Part shown: piece after piece, positions 18,907 to 28,559 of the stretch
Numbering within the stretch: the stretch's first letter is position 1
Layout: every line of letters begins with the position of its first letter
Source: an uncultured Clostridia bacterium
GTDB taxonomy: Bacteria > Bacillota > Clostridia > Christensenellales > UBA1242
Assembly: GCA_947588355.1 (NCBI GenBank)
Contig: CANPYI010000003.1
Span: 16,225 to 80,224, forward strand
Direction of reading: 5' to 3'
DNA: 64,000 bases
Position numbers and translations under genes: made by a program
Notes under the pieces: generated by a model
The model's input: only the letters and a program-made list of their open reading frames with translations
What the model was told of the DNA's origin: nothing
Database searches by the model: none

Positions 18907-18920
18907 AAAAATCCTTTATT

Positions 18921-21900
18921 TCAGTCAACATCTCCAAAAAGTTCTTTAAATTCTTCCTCAGTTGTGTAAACTGTCCTTCCTTTTGGCCCATCGGCACTGG
19001 AAATGTAGCCAGCCGCTTCCATTTGGTCGATTATTCGTGCTGCACGAGGATAGCCGATTGCAAACTTACGTCTTATCATCGTGGCAGAGGCTTGTCCACA
19101 CTCAATAGACACCTTCAATGCTTGTGGCAAAAGTTCGTCCATTTCGGTATTGTAGCCCGGGCCATTATTATTTCCGCGATTTGGATTATTGATTTGTTGC
19201 TCAATTTCTGGGTCAAAAATAGGTTTGTTGTTGTCGCGACAGAAGTCCACAATTTTGTTAATCTCATTGGTTGTCACAAAACAGCCTTGCACACGGATAG
19301 GATCTTTTGCACCATTAGGAAAATAGAACATGTCACCTTTTCCAAGCAATTTTTCTGCGCCAACTCTGTCCAAGATTGTCATACTGTCAACAGCGCTTGT
19401 CACGGCAAACGAAATACGTGAAGGGAAGTTGGATTTAATAAGACCTGTGATGACGTCAACAGATGGTCTTTGAGTTGCCAAAATCAAGTGAATACCTGCC
19501 GCACGTGCCTTTTGTGCAAGGCGGCAAACTTTTTCTTCTACCTCTTTTTTGCCGGTCATCATAAGGTCGGCAAGTTCGTCAACAATAATCACCAAATATG
19601 GCATTTTTTGTATTTTTCCGGAAAGCACATCAGGTGTTTGATTAAATTCGCTGATTTCACGCACTCTTGCTTTGCCAAGCACATCAAATCGGCGTTCCAT
19701 TTCATTGACAGCCCAAGCAAGAGTGTTTATCGCCTTTTGTGTGTCACAAACAATTTGAGGCATAATAAGATGTGGCAATGCTTCATATGAGGCAAATTCC
19801 ACGCGTTTAGGATCAATCAAAATAATCTTAACATCCTCTGGTGAAGCCTTGTATATGATAGACAAAATTATCGAATTGAGGCAGACAGATTTTCCGGAAC
19901 CCGTGCTGCCTGCAACAAGAAGGTGTGTAAGTTTTCTCATATCAGCGCAAATTGTATTTCCCGTTATGTCCTTGCCAAGTGCAAACGTCAATGGCGAAGA
20001 TGCTTGCTGAAATTCCTTGCTCATCAAAACGTCTTTAAGCGAAATCGTTGCAATAGAAGCATTTGGCACTTCCACGCCAACAACACTTTTTCCAGGAATT
20101 GGTGCTTCGATGCGGATTGTCCCCTCCGCTGCCAAAGAAAGTGCAATATCATCTGCACGATTTTTGATTTTTTGCACAGAAATGCCTTGTGGCATTTCAA
20201 GTTCGTAACGTGTCACTGCCGGTCCAACAACAACTCCCTGAACTTTTGCCGGCACGCCAAACATTTCAAGAGTGTTTTCCAACATAACTCTTTTTTCAGC
20301 AACTTCCTCGTTTAATGTTGAAAGATCAACACTTTTTGTTGTAATAAAGTCAAGCGGCGGAATTTCATAATCATAAGGCTCATGCACCTGTGGTTCTTCT
20401 TCAGGGATTGGCTCAACTTCACGTGCCAAGCCGCCATTTCTCATATTCAATCTTTCGCTGTCGCGATGGAAAGACATTCGGGCATCTCTGTCATCTTGCG
20501 TTAAGTTTCTGTCTTCTCTTTCTCGAAGACTGCGCGAGAAGGCATCTCTGCCCCGTTCATTTCGGTCAAACACGTCGTTTCTGTCACGATTTAGGTTCAC
20601 TCTGTCACCTGAACGGTCAAAAGTTTCCCTTTCAGTACTTCCCAAAAGACCCTCAATCACACTTTCATCATCGTTTTGCTGAACTTCACGCGAAAAACTG
20701 CCAGAATTGTCACGCTCTGGCAGATTGTCAAGAGGGGAAATTTCTGGCTCAGTTGTCTGCGAAGACAAGCTCTCGTAGTATTCTGGATTTTCGCTTTTTT
20801 CTTCCTCTATTGCCGATCTTAAAATATCGTCGGCACGTGCAACCAATTCTTGCGACTGAGTCTGAAGTTCTGCAGATTGTGTTTGAGGCAAAGTTCTGCG
20901 TATAAAAGGCGTGCTGTCCATCTTAAATTCATCTTCATGAAAAACTTGCGATGGCTCAGAACTGTCGTTTTTAAGGGCGGTTATGTTGTTTTCAACTTCT
21001 TCCTTGCTTGGCGCTTCAACTTTTGCTCGCTCATTTTTAAAATATTCGTCCAAATCCACCTGCGGTGGAGTGAGAATAATCTCTTTTATGGTTTTTTGGC
21101 GAACAGGGTCGTTTTTCCAATTTTCAGTTTCGGTCTTTTGCGTCTCAGCAAACTTTTTTTCGCCTTCTTTATCATATTCAAAAGCACTATTGTGCTTTTT
21201 GTCCAAGCCCAAAATTTGTCTGGCGGTAAGAGGTTTTTTCTGTTCGACAACCTTCTTTTCTGCCTTTTGTGTTGCCTCTTTTTCTTGCTCTTCTTTCAAA
21301 TTTCCTGCCAAAACAACATTTGTTGGCTGTGGCCTTTCAAAAGCAACATTCTTTTGTGGAATATTTTCTGTTTGAGCGGATTTTGCTTCTGCGGAATTTC
21401 CTTTGATTTGAACTTTTGTTGGCGCAGAAACAGTTTTTTCTTTTTTAAGAAAATTCAAACTGTCCAAAAGAAGAGAAACACAAATCACAAATCCAAGAAT
21501 GGAAAGTATATATGCCCCCCAAACTGTTGTTGAATAAAGAAGTATCGTGGTGAAAAGTCCAACAATAATTCCACCTGCAGTCCATTTTTGCAGATAGTTT
21601 TTTGCAAGATACTCGCCGAAAGTGAGGTCTCCCTTGCTGCCAACAATGGCAAGTTGAAGAACGCACAACAGGAAAAACACCGACAAGCAAAGGCAAATTG
21701 TGTACTTTAATGACATGACATATCTACGGTTGTTGACAAGAGCCAAGCCAACAATAAACAAAATCACGCAAAGAGGAAATCCAAAAACTCCAAACACTCC
21801 CAAAAAGAAGGTTTGCAAAGGAGCGATGATTCCGGTCAGCAGCAAAAACACAACAGAGGCCACACCAAGCATCGAAAAGCCGACAATTTTTTTGACATTT

Positions 21901-21947
21901 CTTTTTGTTTCATTCTTTTTCTTGGAACTGAGTTTATAAACTGCCAT
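18921..21947 (-). CDS. ftsK: DNA translocase FtsK/SpoIIIE
   Basis: N-terminal TMs, long linker, HLLVAGSTGSGKS, IIVDELADLM, ATQRPSVDV, gamma domain IGYPRAARIIDQME. Confidence 0.97.
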   Translation of the reverse strand: MAVYKLSSKKKNETKRNVKKIVGFSMLGVASVVFLLLTGIIAPLQTFFLGVFGVFGFPLCVILFIVGLALVNNRRYVMSLKYTICLCLSVFFLLCVLQLAIVGSKGDLTFGEYLAKNYLQKWTAGGIIVGLFTTILLYSTTVWGAYILSILGFVICVSLLLDSLNFLKKEKTVSAPTKVQIKGNSAEAKSAQTENIPQKNVAFERPQPTNVVLAGNLKEEQEKEATQKAEKKVVEQKKPLTARQILGLDKKHNSAFEYDKEGEKKFAETQKTETENWKNDPVRQKTIKEIILTPPQVDLDEYFKNERAKVEAPSKEEVENNITALKNDSSEPSQVFHEDEFKMDSTPFIRRTLPQTQSAELQTQSQELVARADDILRSAIEEEKSENPEYYESLSSQTTEPEISPLDNLPERDNSGSFSREVQQNDDESVIEGLLGSTERETFDRSGDRVNLNRDRNDVFDRNERGRDAFSRSLREREDRNLTQDDRDARMSFHRDSERLNMRNGGLAREVEPIPEEEPQVHEPYDYEIPPLDFITTKSVDLSTLNEEVAEKRVMLENTLEMFGVPAKVQGVVVGPAVTRYELEMPQGISVQKIKNRADDIALSLAAEGTIRIEAPIPGKSVVGVEVPNASIATISLKDVLMSKEFQQASSPLTFALGKDITGNTICADMRKLTHLLVAGSTGSGKSVCLNSIILSIIYKASPEDVKIILIDPKRVEFASYEALPHLIMPQIVCDTQKAINTLAWAVNEMERRFDVLGKARVREISEFNQTPDVLSGKIQKMPYLVIIVDELADLMMTGKKEVEEKVCRLAQKARAAGIHLILATQRPSVDVITGLIKSNFPSRISFAVTSAVDSMTILDRVGAEKLLGKGDMFYFPNGAKDPIRVQGCFVTTNEINKIVDFCRDNNKPIFDPEIEQQINNPNRGNNNGPGYNTEMDELLPQALKVSIECGQASATMIRRKFAIGYPRAARIIDQMEAAGYISSADGPKGRTVYTTEEEFKELFGDVD

Positions 21948-22058
21948 ACAACCCCCAAAACAAGTGAATATAATTCAGGCACAATTTTTCAAGATAAGTA
22001 TAGCACTTTTGATATTTTTTTCACAAACACTTTTAATAAAAATTTCAACCTTTTTTTG

Positions 22059-22802
22059 TCATTTTCCTGCCTTGGCATCAAAACCAAGATTTTCACTTAC
22101 AGTGCAAAGTTCAAAACCTTTGCCCTTCAATGTTTTTATGATGTCATCGAGTGCATTTTTTGTTTCTTCTGTCGGATGCATCAAAACAAAATCTCCGCCT
22201 TTGCAATTTTTTATTGCTCGCTGATATATAAGATTACTGTCATGGTCTCGCCAGTCAACAGTGTCACGCCCGTCCGTCCACATAATTGTTTTGTAGCCAA
22301 GTTCTTTGGCAACTTCCACCGTCTTTTTGTTGTAGCTTCCGCTTGGAGGTGCAAACAAATTCATTTCAACGCCAATCAAACTTTTCACAAGGTTGTGCGT
22401 GTTTAATATTTCTTCATGATTTTTTTCAGCATTGATTTTTCCTTGATTTTTGTGATAATAGCCGTGATTTCCTATCTCATGCCCTGCCTCAAATATCTTT
22501 TTCAGTGTTTCACTTTCCTTGACCGCCCAAGTTCCGCCAACAAAAAAGGTTGTTTTGACATCATTTTCGTCCAAAATATTCAACATTTCGTCGATATATT
22601 CTGTCCCCCAATAAACATTTATCATCAAGGTGACTTTGTTGCTGTTTTCGTCACCGCTGTAATAAACATCGTTATAAATTTTTGATGAAGTCACAAGATT
22701 TACACCAAATCCTGCCAATGTGCATACGCTAGCAAGCATAAGAAAAATTAAAACATTACAAATCATATGGCGTGCACTAATTGTCCAAATTTTTGTTTTC
22801 AT
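22059..22802 (-). CDS. Polysaccharide deacetylase family protein (YlxY-like, probably sporulation-related)
   Basis: TLMINVYWG (no TFDD motif), TFFVGG, HEIGNHGYYH, LFAPPSG, VLMHPT; N-terminal TM. Confidence 0.8.
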   Translation of the reverse strand: MKTKIWTISARHMICNVLIFLMLASVCTLAGFGVNLVTSSKIYNDVYYSGDENSNKVTLMINVYWGTEYIDEMLNILDENDVKTTFFVGGTWAVKESETLKKIFEAGHEIGNHGYYHKNQGKINAEKNHEEILNTHNLVKSLIGVEMNLFAPPSGSYNKKTVEVAKELGYKTIMWTDGRDTVDWRDHDSNLIYQRAIKNCKGGDFVLMHPTEETKNALDDIIKTLKGKGFELCTVSENLGFDAKAGK

Positions 22803-22858
22803 AAGATAAAAATATGAAATTAGGACAAGATATAGCACCAAAAAATGTAAAAAAAGTC

Positions 22859-22887
22859 TTTACAAAACAATTATCTTTTGATATAAT
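22859..22887 (+). promoter_or_regulatory. Sigma-A promoter positioned for a leaderless transcript
   Basis: TTTACA-17-TATAAT (extended TG), then ATCAAC, then ATG 22894; no SD. Confidence 0.7.
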
Positions 22888-22893
22888 ATCAAC

Positions 22894-23814
22894 ATGAGTA
22901 ATTTGTTGGAAGTTAAAAACCTTTCCGTTCTTATAAAGGACCGTTTTTTAGTTAAAAACACCAACTTCACTATGGAAGATGGTGAGTGTATAGGCGTGAT
23001 AGGTCAAGATAAAAGCGGAAAAACAAGTCTTTTGAAGGCTGTCTCTGGCTCGCTGCCTATCAGCGCAGGGCAAGTTTTTATAGATGGTCACGACATCTTT
23101 CGTGACAAAAAGATTCTCACAAAGGTCAGCACATGCTTTGACCCTCCTATTTTTTTCAAGTATCAAACGGTGCTTGCCAACATGAAGTACATCTCCATGC
23201 TCAGCGAAGCTTACAACAAAGAAGACATTATCAAAGTTTTAAACAAATTCAATCTTGCACAAAAACTCCACACAAGAGTGTTGTTTTTGTCTTATTTCGA
23301 GAAAAAACTTATGGGATTGGCACTTGGATTGTTGACAAAGCCAAAACTTTTGCTGTTAGATGAGCCTTACAAAAATCTGCCGCCCGAACATCTTGAAATG
23401 GTGAAAAATGCCATAAAGCAAATTCGTGAAAACGGCACGGCAGTGATTATGACGACCAGAGATTTGGACACAATTTTGGATGAATGCGACCGTTTTATGT
23501 TTATGGAAAATCGCGCTGTCAAAGAAATTTTGACGAAAGAGGAATGTGAGAAAAAATCACAAGGTCCAATTTTTGCTTTCATAAAAGTAAAATATCCTCA
23601 CTATGTGGGCAAACTAATCATGGAAAACTTTGACTTGCACGTAAAATTGCAAGGTCAAAATGTTTTGTTTCAAGCAGATGAAGATATCACAGCAAAAATC
23701 GTGCATTTTTTGAACGAGAAGAAGTTGGCTGTGTATCGTGCGGGATATTTAAGCAAAAAAGCCGAAAAAATTTTTGCGAATCTTACCCCTTTCTTTAAGG
23801 AGGAAACAGAGTGA
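22894..23814 (+). CDS. ABC transporter ATP-binding protein (degenerate signature)
   Basis: Walker A GQDKSGKTS and Walker B LLLLDEP present; signature reads LSYFEKK; H-loop reads TTRD. Confidence 0.85.
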   Translation: MSNLLEVKNLSVLIKDRFLVKNTNFTMEDGECIGVIGQDKSGKTSLLKAVSGSLPISAGQVFIDGHDIFRDKKILTKVSTCFDPPIFFKYQTVLANMKYISMLSEAYNKEDIIKVLNKFNLAQKLHTRVLFLSYFEKKLMGLALGLLTKPKLLLLDEPYKNLPPEHLEMVKNAIKQIRENGTAVIMTTRDLDTILDECDRFMFMENRAVKEILTKEECEKKSQGPIFAFIKVKYPHYVGKLIMENFDLHVKLQGQNVLFQADEDITAKIVHFLNEKKLAVYRAGYLSKKAEKIFANLTPFFKEETE

Positions 23815-25496
23815 AGAAAATTTTTCAGATTGCAGGATATGACTTTCGCCGACTTATGCTAAACCCAATCACAATACTGGTGGTCGTGGGCTTGTTGATT
23901 GCAAGTTTGATATTTTCGGCAACATACAAAATTCCAACCACGCCAAAGTACGAGGCAGTCACCGCCGGACAAACACCTTCTGAAATATTTTCGAATTTCA
24001 ATTCTCAAAGCACGGACATCGACACAAAGCAAAGCATGGACAAACTGATTGCACATGCACAAACTCTTATCGACACGCAAAAGAATTGCGACCACTTAAA
24101 TCAACTGACACAACTAAACAACAAGTTTGCAGACATAAAAGAAGAATTGCAATGGTATGCCGGACTTGGAAGTGAATCTTCAAAATACATACAAGACGGT
24201 ATCGGTGAAATAATCGAGACCTCAGACCAACTTAAATTGTTTATAGAAAATTACAAAAATTTGGACGAATTTGAAAGCAATATCTTTTTCACTAAAGAAA
24301 CATTTGCGTCTTTGCAGAAAATATCGGAATTTTTTGACAAAACAACGCATCAAAATATTCCTGTAAAGCAGATTTTGGACGAACTGTACAAAAATTTGCA
24401 GCAGATATCAAATTTTGAACAAATTGTCACAGATGATGTCACAACATGGGCTGTTGACAACGAACAACTTGAAAGTTTTCAAACAGAAATTGTCAATGTT
24501 GCCAAGCAAAAAACGGAAGCAATTTATCAAGAAATGCAAACATACGTTTCTGCCGGAACCTCTGCCGACCAACTTGTCAATGATGTCAAAAGTTTAATCA
24601 CAAACTATCGCCTGACATGTGAAAGTGCAAACTTTTCAGTGAATGCACATTTAAAATTGTTGCTTTCTTCTCACTTTGGAAATTTGGACATAATTTTTGG
24701 ATATTCCAACTTTAATGAAGAAGATTTGCAGCAATCCTTGACCAAAACGGAATATTTTTTGAAAGATAATCAACTTTTTTACACCGCATATCAACAGCCA
24801 CTCAACTTCAATATTGCGCAAACTCAAATCACGCCTTATGACAACACCTATTTCATCATAAGTATCATTGGTTTTCTGACAATAATATTTGGCATATTTT
24901 GTGCCTACAAATTGTTTGGACTTGACCGAAGAAACGGAAAATTGGACGTGATTTTGTCTCAAAATGTTTCATTTGGACAAGTTTTTGCCGGAAAATTTAC
25001 AGCAATTGTCCTTTGCACATCAACAGTGCTGTCGATATTTATGATATCCATACTAGTTTGGTCAATGCTGTTCTACTCCTCCCTTCCAAATGGAATTTTG
25101 GCAGTGTTTAACTTAAAAACTCCATACATAATCCAGCCATTTTTGTTTTTGCTAATAAAGTTTGTCGGAATAGAACTTCAAGTGATTTTCTGGTCAATTG
25201 GCACAGTTTTCCTTATGAATATCTCGCGTAAGTTTGACTTGTTGTTTGTTATATCCCTGATAATTTTTGCTGCAGTCACAATTTGCAATATCTTTTTGAA
25301 TGGCTCGCTTGTGTATTGCCTGTTCCCATTCATACACACAGATTTGACCGCATTCTTAGGTGGAGGAAGCATAAACGCAGGATTCTTACAGACCCCTCTG
25401 TACGCATTTGGAAACTTCTTTATTTCACTTGGATATTACTTGGTTGTTGTTGTTTTGATTTACAACTTCACAAATCAACTTTTCAAGAAAAACTAA
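23811..25496 (+). CDS. ABC-2-type permease with large extracellular domain
   Basis: GTG start overlaps upstream stop; AGGAGG SD; TM1, long helical loop, then several TMs including DRRNGKLDVILSQNVS...FAGKF. Confidence 0.8.
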   Translation: MKKIFQIAGYDFRRLMLNPITILVVVGLLIASLIFSATYKIPTTPKYEAVTAGQTPSEIFSNFNSQSTDIDTKQSMDKLIAHAQTLIDTQKNCDHLNQLTQLNNKFADIKEELQWYAGLGSESSKYIQDGIGEIIETSDQLKLFIENYKNLDEFESNIFFTKETFASLQKISEFFDKTTHQNIPVKQILDELYKNLQQISNFEQIVTDDVTTWAVDNEQLESFQTEIVNVAKQKTEAIYQEMQTYVSAGTSADQLVNDVKSLITNYRLTCESANFSVNAHLKLLLSSHFGNLDIIFGYSNFNEEDLQQSLTKTEYFLKDNQLFYTAYQQPLNFNIAQTQITPYDNTYFIISIIGFLTIIFGIFCAYKLFGLDRRNGKLDVILSQNVSFGQVFAGKFTAIVLCTSTVLSIFMISILVWSMLFYSSLPNGILAVFNLKTPYIIQPFLFLLIKFVGIELQVIFWSIGTVFLMNISRKFDLLFVISLIIFAAVTICNIFLNGSLVYCLFPFIHTDLTAFLGGGSINAGFLQTPLYAFGNFFISLGYYLVVVVLIYNFTNQLFKKN

Positions 25497-25566
25497 GTTT
25501 TATATTCATTCGTTTGCAATTTTAAACAAAATTTTGATAGAATGTATTGTGTAAGAGAGGTTTTGT

Positions 25567-26403
25567 ATGAATTATAAAATAGTCACAGAAGCATCAGTTG
25601 ATATGCCGAAAGATTTTGCCGAACAAAATGACATTACAATTCTGCCAATAGAAGTCAACTTTGGCGGAGAACTGTACCCCGAAGGTCTGCCGAATGACGA
25701 ATTTTATGCAAAACTCAAAAGCACAGGAATTATTCCAAAAACAAGCCAACCAAATCAATACAAGTTTGAAAATGCCTTTCAAACCTATTGCAACAAAGAA
25801 GATTGGTTTGTCCTTACAATAGTGATTTCTTCCGACCTTGCCGGCACAATAGCACAGGCAAAAAACGCAGTAGAAAATCTTGAAATGAAAAATTGCTATG
25901 TTTGTGACAGCAGAGTGACAACTTTTGCCGAAGGAGCACTCATTGTTGAAATAGTAAAATACATTAAATCTCATCCAAATGCACAACCGCAAGAAGTGAT
26001 TGATGAACTTGAACGTCTGAAAGGCATGGTACGACTTGTTGCCGTTGTTGGCGATTTGAAATATCTGAAAATGGGCGGAAGACTTGGCTCGGCAAGTTAT
26101 GTTGTTGCATCCGCACTTAAAATAAAACCTATAATAAGTCTTGACGGTGGCAAAGTGAACAACATAGCCAAAAAAGTTGGCGAAAAAGCCAACGAATTTA
26201 TGGTTGAACTTGCCAACAAACGTAACAAAGCATATCCAATTTATTTTGGTCATTCTGCAGAGCCAAAACTCATTAAGGATTTTTTGAAAAAATATGCTGA
26301 AGCGCTTGATATCAACCCGGAAACGTCTGAGATTTATGAGATTGGTTGTGTGGTTGGCACTCATGCAGGGCCAAATTGCTATGGAATGGTGTATTTTGTT
26401 TAA
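25567..26403 (+). CDS. DegV/FakB fatty-acid-binding protein
   Basis: IVTEASVD, PKTSQP, ISSDLAGT, YLKMGGR, LKIKPII, VVGTHAGP. Confidence 0.93.
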   Translation: MNYKIVTEASVDMPKDFAEQNDITILPIEVNFGGELYPEGLPNDEFYAKLKSTGIIPKTSQPNQYKFENAFQTYCNKEDWFVLTIVISSDLAGTIAQAKNAVENLEMKNCYVCDSRVTTFAEGALIVEIVKYIKSHPNAQPQEVIDELERLKGMVRLVAVVGDLKYLKMGGRLGSASYVVASALKIKPIISLDGGKVNNIAKKVGEKANEFMVELANKRNKAYPIYFGHSAEPKLIKDFLKKYAEALDINPETSEIYEIGCVVGTHAGPNCYGMVYFV

Positions 26404-26432
26404 AAAAGCGGCACAAAATATGCCGTTTTTTT
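26402..26432. terminator. Bidirectional intrinsic terminator
   Basis: AAAAAAGCGGCA...TGCCGTTTTTTT between convergent genes. Confidence 0.75.
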
Positions 26433-26650
26433 TATAATTTATTTCCAAAGTTTTTCACTCTGTCAACTTCTATTTCAATATCAAAAATGTATTTTTCACC
26501 TTCGCGCTTAAACCGAACAACAGGTTGCATTGATATTACAAACAAATCTTGAGCGATAGGCGTGATTTCTTCTTGCAAAACCTCCGCCACCCTGTCCAGA
26601 TTTGTAAATTTGTCTTTTATCAAAAGTTCGTTCATTCTTTGCATATTCAC
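26432..26650 (-). CDS. Diverged MinE-like protein
   Basis: 72 aa starting 1 nt after the minD stop; QRMNELLIKDK...EVLQEEI echoes MinE ERLKLILxxDR...LKEEI. Confidence 0.55.
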   Translation of the reverse strand: MNMQRMNELLIKDKFTNLDRVAEVLQEEITPIAQDLFVISMQPVVRFKREGEKYIFDIEIEVDRVKNFGNKL

Positions 26651-26651
26651 C

Positions 26652-27443
26652 TCAAACGTGTTTTTTGATATTTCGTTTCAAGTATCCAACAAGTCCACGA
26701 TATTTGTAAGTGCAATCAAAAATCTTTTTACTTCCGTTGTGTATGTTTTCTGCAAGCAAAGTAAATGCCCTTGCACTCTCACAATCGGTCATGATTCTGC
26801 CATCAGACGACATTTTTCCAACATCATCATCTTCAGGAATAACGCCAAAAAGTGGCACGCCCATCGCTTTCACAATGCTCTCTATGTCCATCATTTCACC
26901 AGAAAGCAACAAGTCTCCACGCATACGGTTTATCACCAAGCCTTTGCTTTCGATGTTGTATTCACTCAAAAGTCCAACAACCTTGTCCGCGTCACGAATG
27001 GAGGAAAGATGTGGAGTCACACAAATCAACGCCTCATTTGCAGGAAAAACTGCTCTGTGAAAACCTGCCTCAACTCCCGCCGGACAATCAATTAGCACAT
27101 AATCAAAAGAATGGTCAACGATGTCGATAATGTTTTTTATGTGCTCACCGGTGATTTTGCTTGAAGAATAGGTGTGTGCTGACGGAAGTAAGTAAAGTGA
27201 TGGAAAATTTGGGTCTTGCAAAAGTGCTTGCCTCACTCTGCATTTGCCAGACACAACATCGGTGACATCAAAAATAACTTGCCTTTCCAAGCCCATGATC
27301 ACGTCAAGATTATTTAATCCAATATCAACATCCATCAACAGCACACGAAAACCTAATCTGGAAAGATAAACGCCCAAATTTGCACAGACGGTTGATTTTC
27401 CAACACCGCCCTTGCCACTTGTAATCACGATTTTTCTTGCCAT
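26652..27443 (-). CDS. minD: Septum site-determining ATPase MinD
   Basis: ITSGKGGVGKST, DVDIGLNNLD, LIDCPAG, SSIRDADKV, C-terminal amphipathic GLVGYLKR; AAGGAG SD. Confidence 0.93.
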   Translation of the reverse strand: MARKIVITSGKGGVGKSTVCANLGVYLSRLGFRVLLMDVDIGLNNLDVIMGLERQVIFDVTDVVSGKCRVRQALLQDPNFPSLYLLPSAHTYSSSKITGEHIKNIIDIVDHSFDYVLIDCPAGVEAGFHRAVFPANEALICVTPHLSSIRDADKVVGLLSEYNIESKGLVINRMRGDLLLSGEMMDIESIVKAMGVPLFGVIPEDDDVGKMSSDGRIMTDCESARAFTLLAENIHNGSKKIFDCTYKYRGLVGYLKRNIKKHV

Positions 27444-27548
27444 AAAAAAACTCCTTGAAACAATTTTAAAACAACAGATAAAACTGCCCAAGAAGTTTGT
27501 TAACATTATGCCAAATATTTTGTCTGCTTTTGTCGAAAAGCAAGCCAA

Positions 27549-28550
27549 TCACAAATGTTTAATTATCCCTTCAAGAAGTTGAGGGTCGGAAAGCAATTTT
27601 CCGGCGCCCAGAATTGTGACGTTGTCGGTGTCTTCGGAAATTTCTACAGGAAAATTGAGATGCTTTTTAAAATAATCATCAAGTCCCTGCATCTTTGCAC
27701 ATCCACCAACAACCAAAATTTTGTTGTTGATTATGTCTGCCACAATTTCAGGTGGAAGAGTGTTTACCGTTGTGTCAATAGCACGCACAATTTCGCTGAA
27801 AAAAGGTTCTATTGCTTTTCGCAAATCTCCCGAAAGCACAACCGTTGTTTTTGGAGTTTTTGTTTGAACGTCAACACCTGTGATTTCCATATTCAGCGTG
27901 TCATTTGTGTACAAGCTGCCGACATCGTTTTTCAAATTTTCTGCAGTTGAAAGCCCAATCACAAGGCCTTGAGAATATGCCAAAAAGTTGACAATCGAGG
28001 CATCTATGCTTTTGCCACCGATACCAAGTGTGGCGCCCTTTATGATACTGGACATGTTTATCACACCAATTTCAGTTGCTGTGCCACCAATATCAACAAC
28101 CATGTTCACTTTTGAACTATCCACATTTCTGCCTGCTCCAACGCACGAACACAAAACAGACGGAACAAGTGCCACATATCCCATGTTAACCGCTTCGCAC
28201 ACATTCAAAATGTTTTCTTTTTCGTGAGCGGAAAGCCCGCACGGAACAATCAAGATTGCATTGTCTTCATATGCCTTGAAACCAACTTTGTTCAAAAAGT
28301 ATTTCAAAAGCACAACAGAGTATTCAAAATTGGAATGTTCGCCACTGATTGAAGGGGTGAAAATTTCAACATTTTCCTTTGTTTTTCCAACAAGTTTTTT
28401 TGCATCATTTCCCATTGCAATCACATGATATCCATCTGCACCAGGCTCGGCAGCGATCAGCGTTGGCTCCTTGAGTGCAAGGCCTTGACCCTTGACATAT
28501 ATGCAAGTGTATCCACCGCCCATCTCAATGGCATATTTTATTTTTTTCAT
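27549..28550 (-). CDS. Diverged MreB/Mbl-like actin-fold protein
   Basis: LKEPTLIA, VPCG, MVVDIGGTATE, AENLK, GVDVQTKTP, PPEIVADI, ILVVGGCA; several nucleotide-site residues altered. Confidence 0.8.
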   Translation of the reverse strand: MKKIKYAIEMGGGYTCIYVKGQGLALKEPTLIAAEPGADGYHVIAMGNDAKKLVGKTKENVEIFTPSISGEHSNFEYSVVLLKYFLNKVGFKAYEDNAILIVPCGLSAHEKENILNVCEAVNMGYVALVPSVLCSCVGAGRNVDSSKVNMVVDIGGTATEIGVINMSSIIKGATLGIGGKSIDASIVNFLAYSQGLVIGLSTAENLKNDVGSLYTNDTLNMEITGVDVQTKTPKTTVVLSGDLRKAIEPFFSEIVRAIDTTVNTLPPEIVADIINNKILVVGGCAKMQGLDDYFKKHLNFPVEISEDTDNVTILGAGKLLSDPQLLEGIIKHL

Positions 28551-28559
28551 ACTGTCCTC

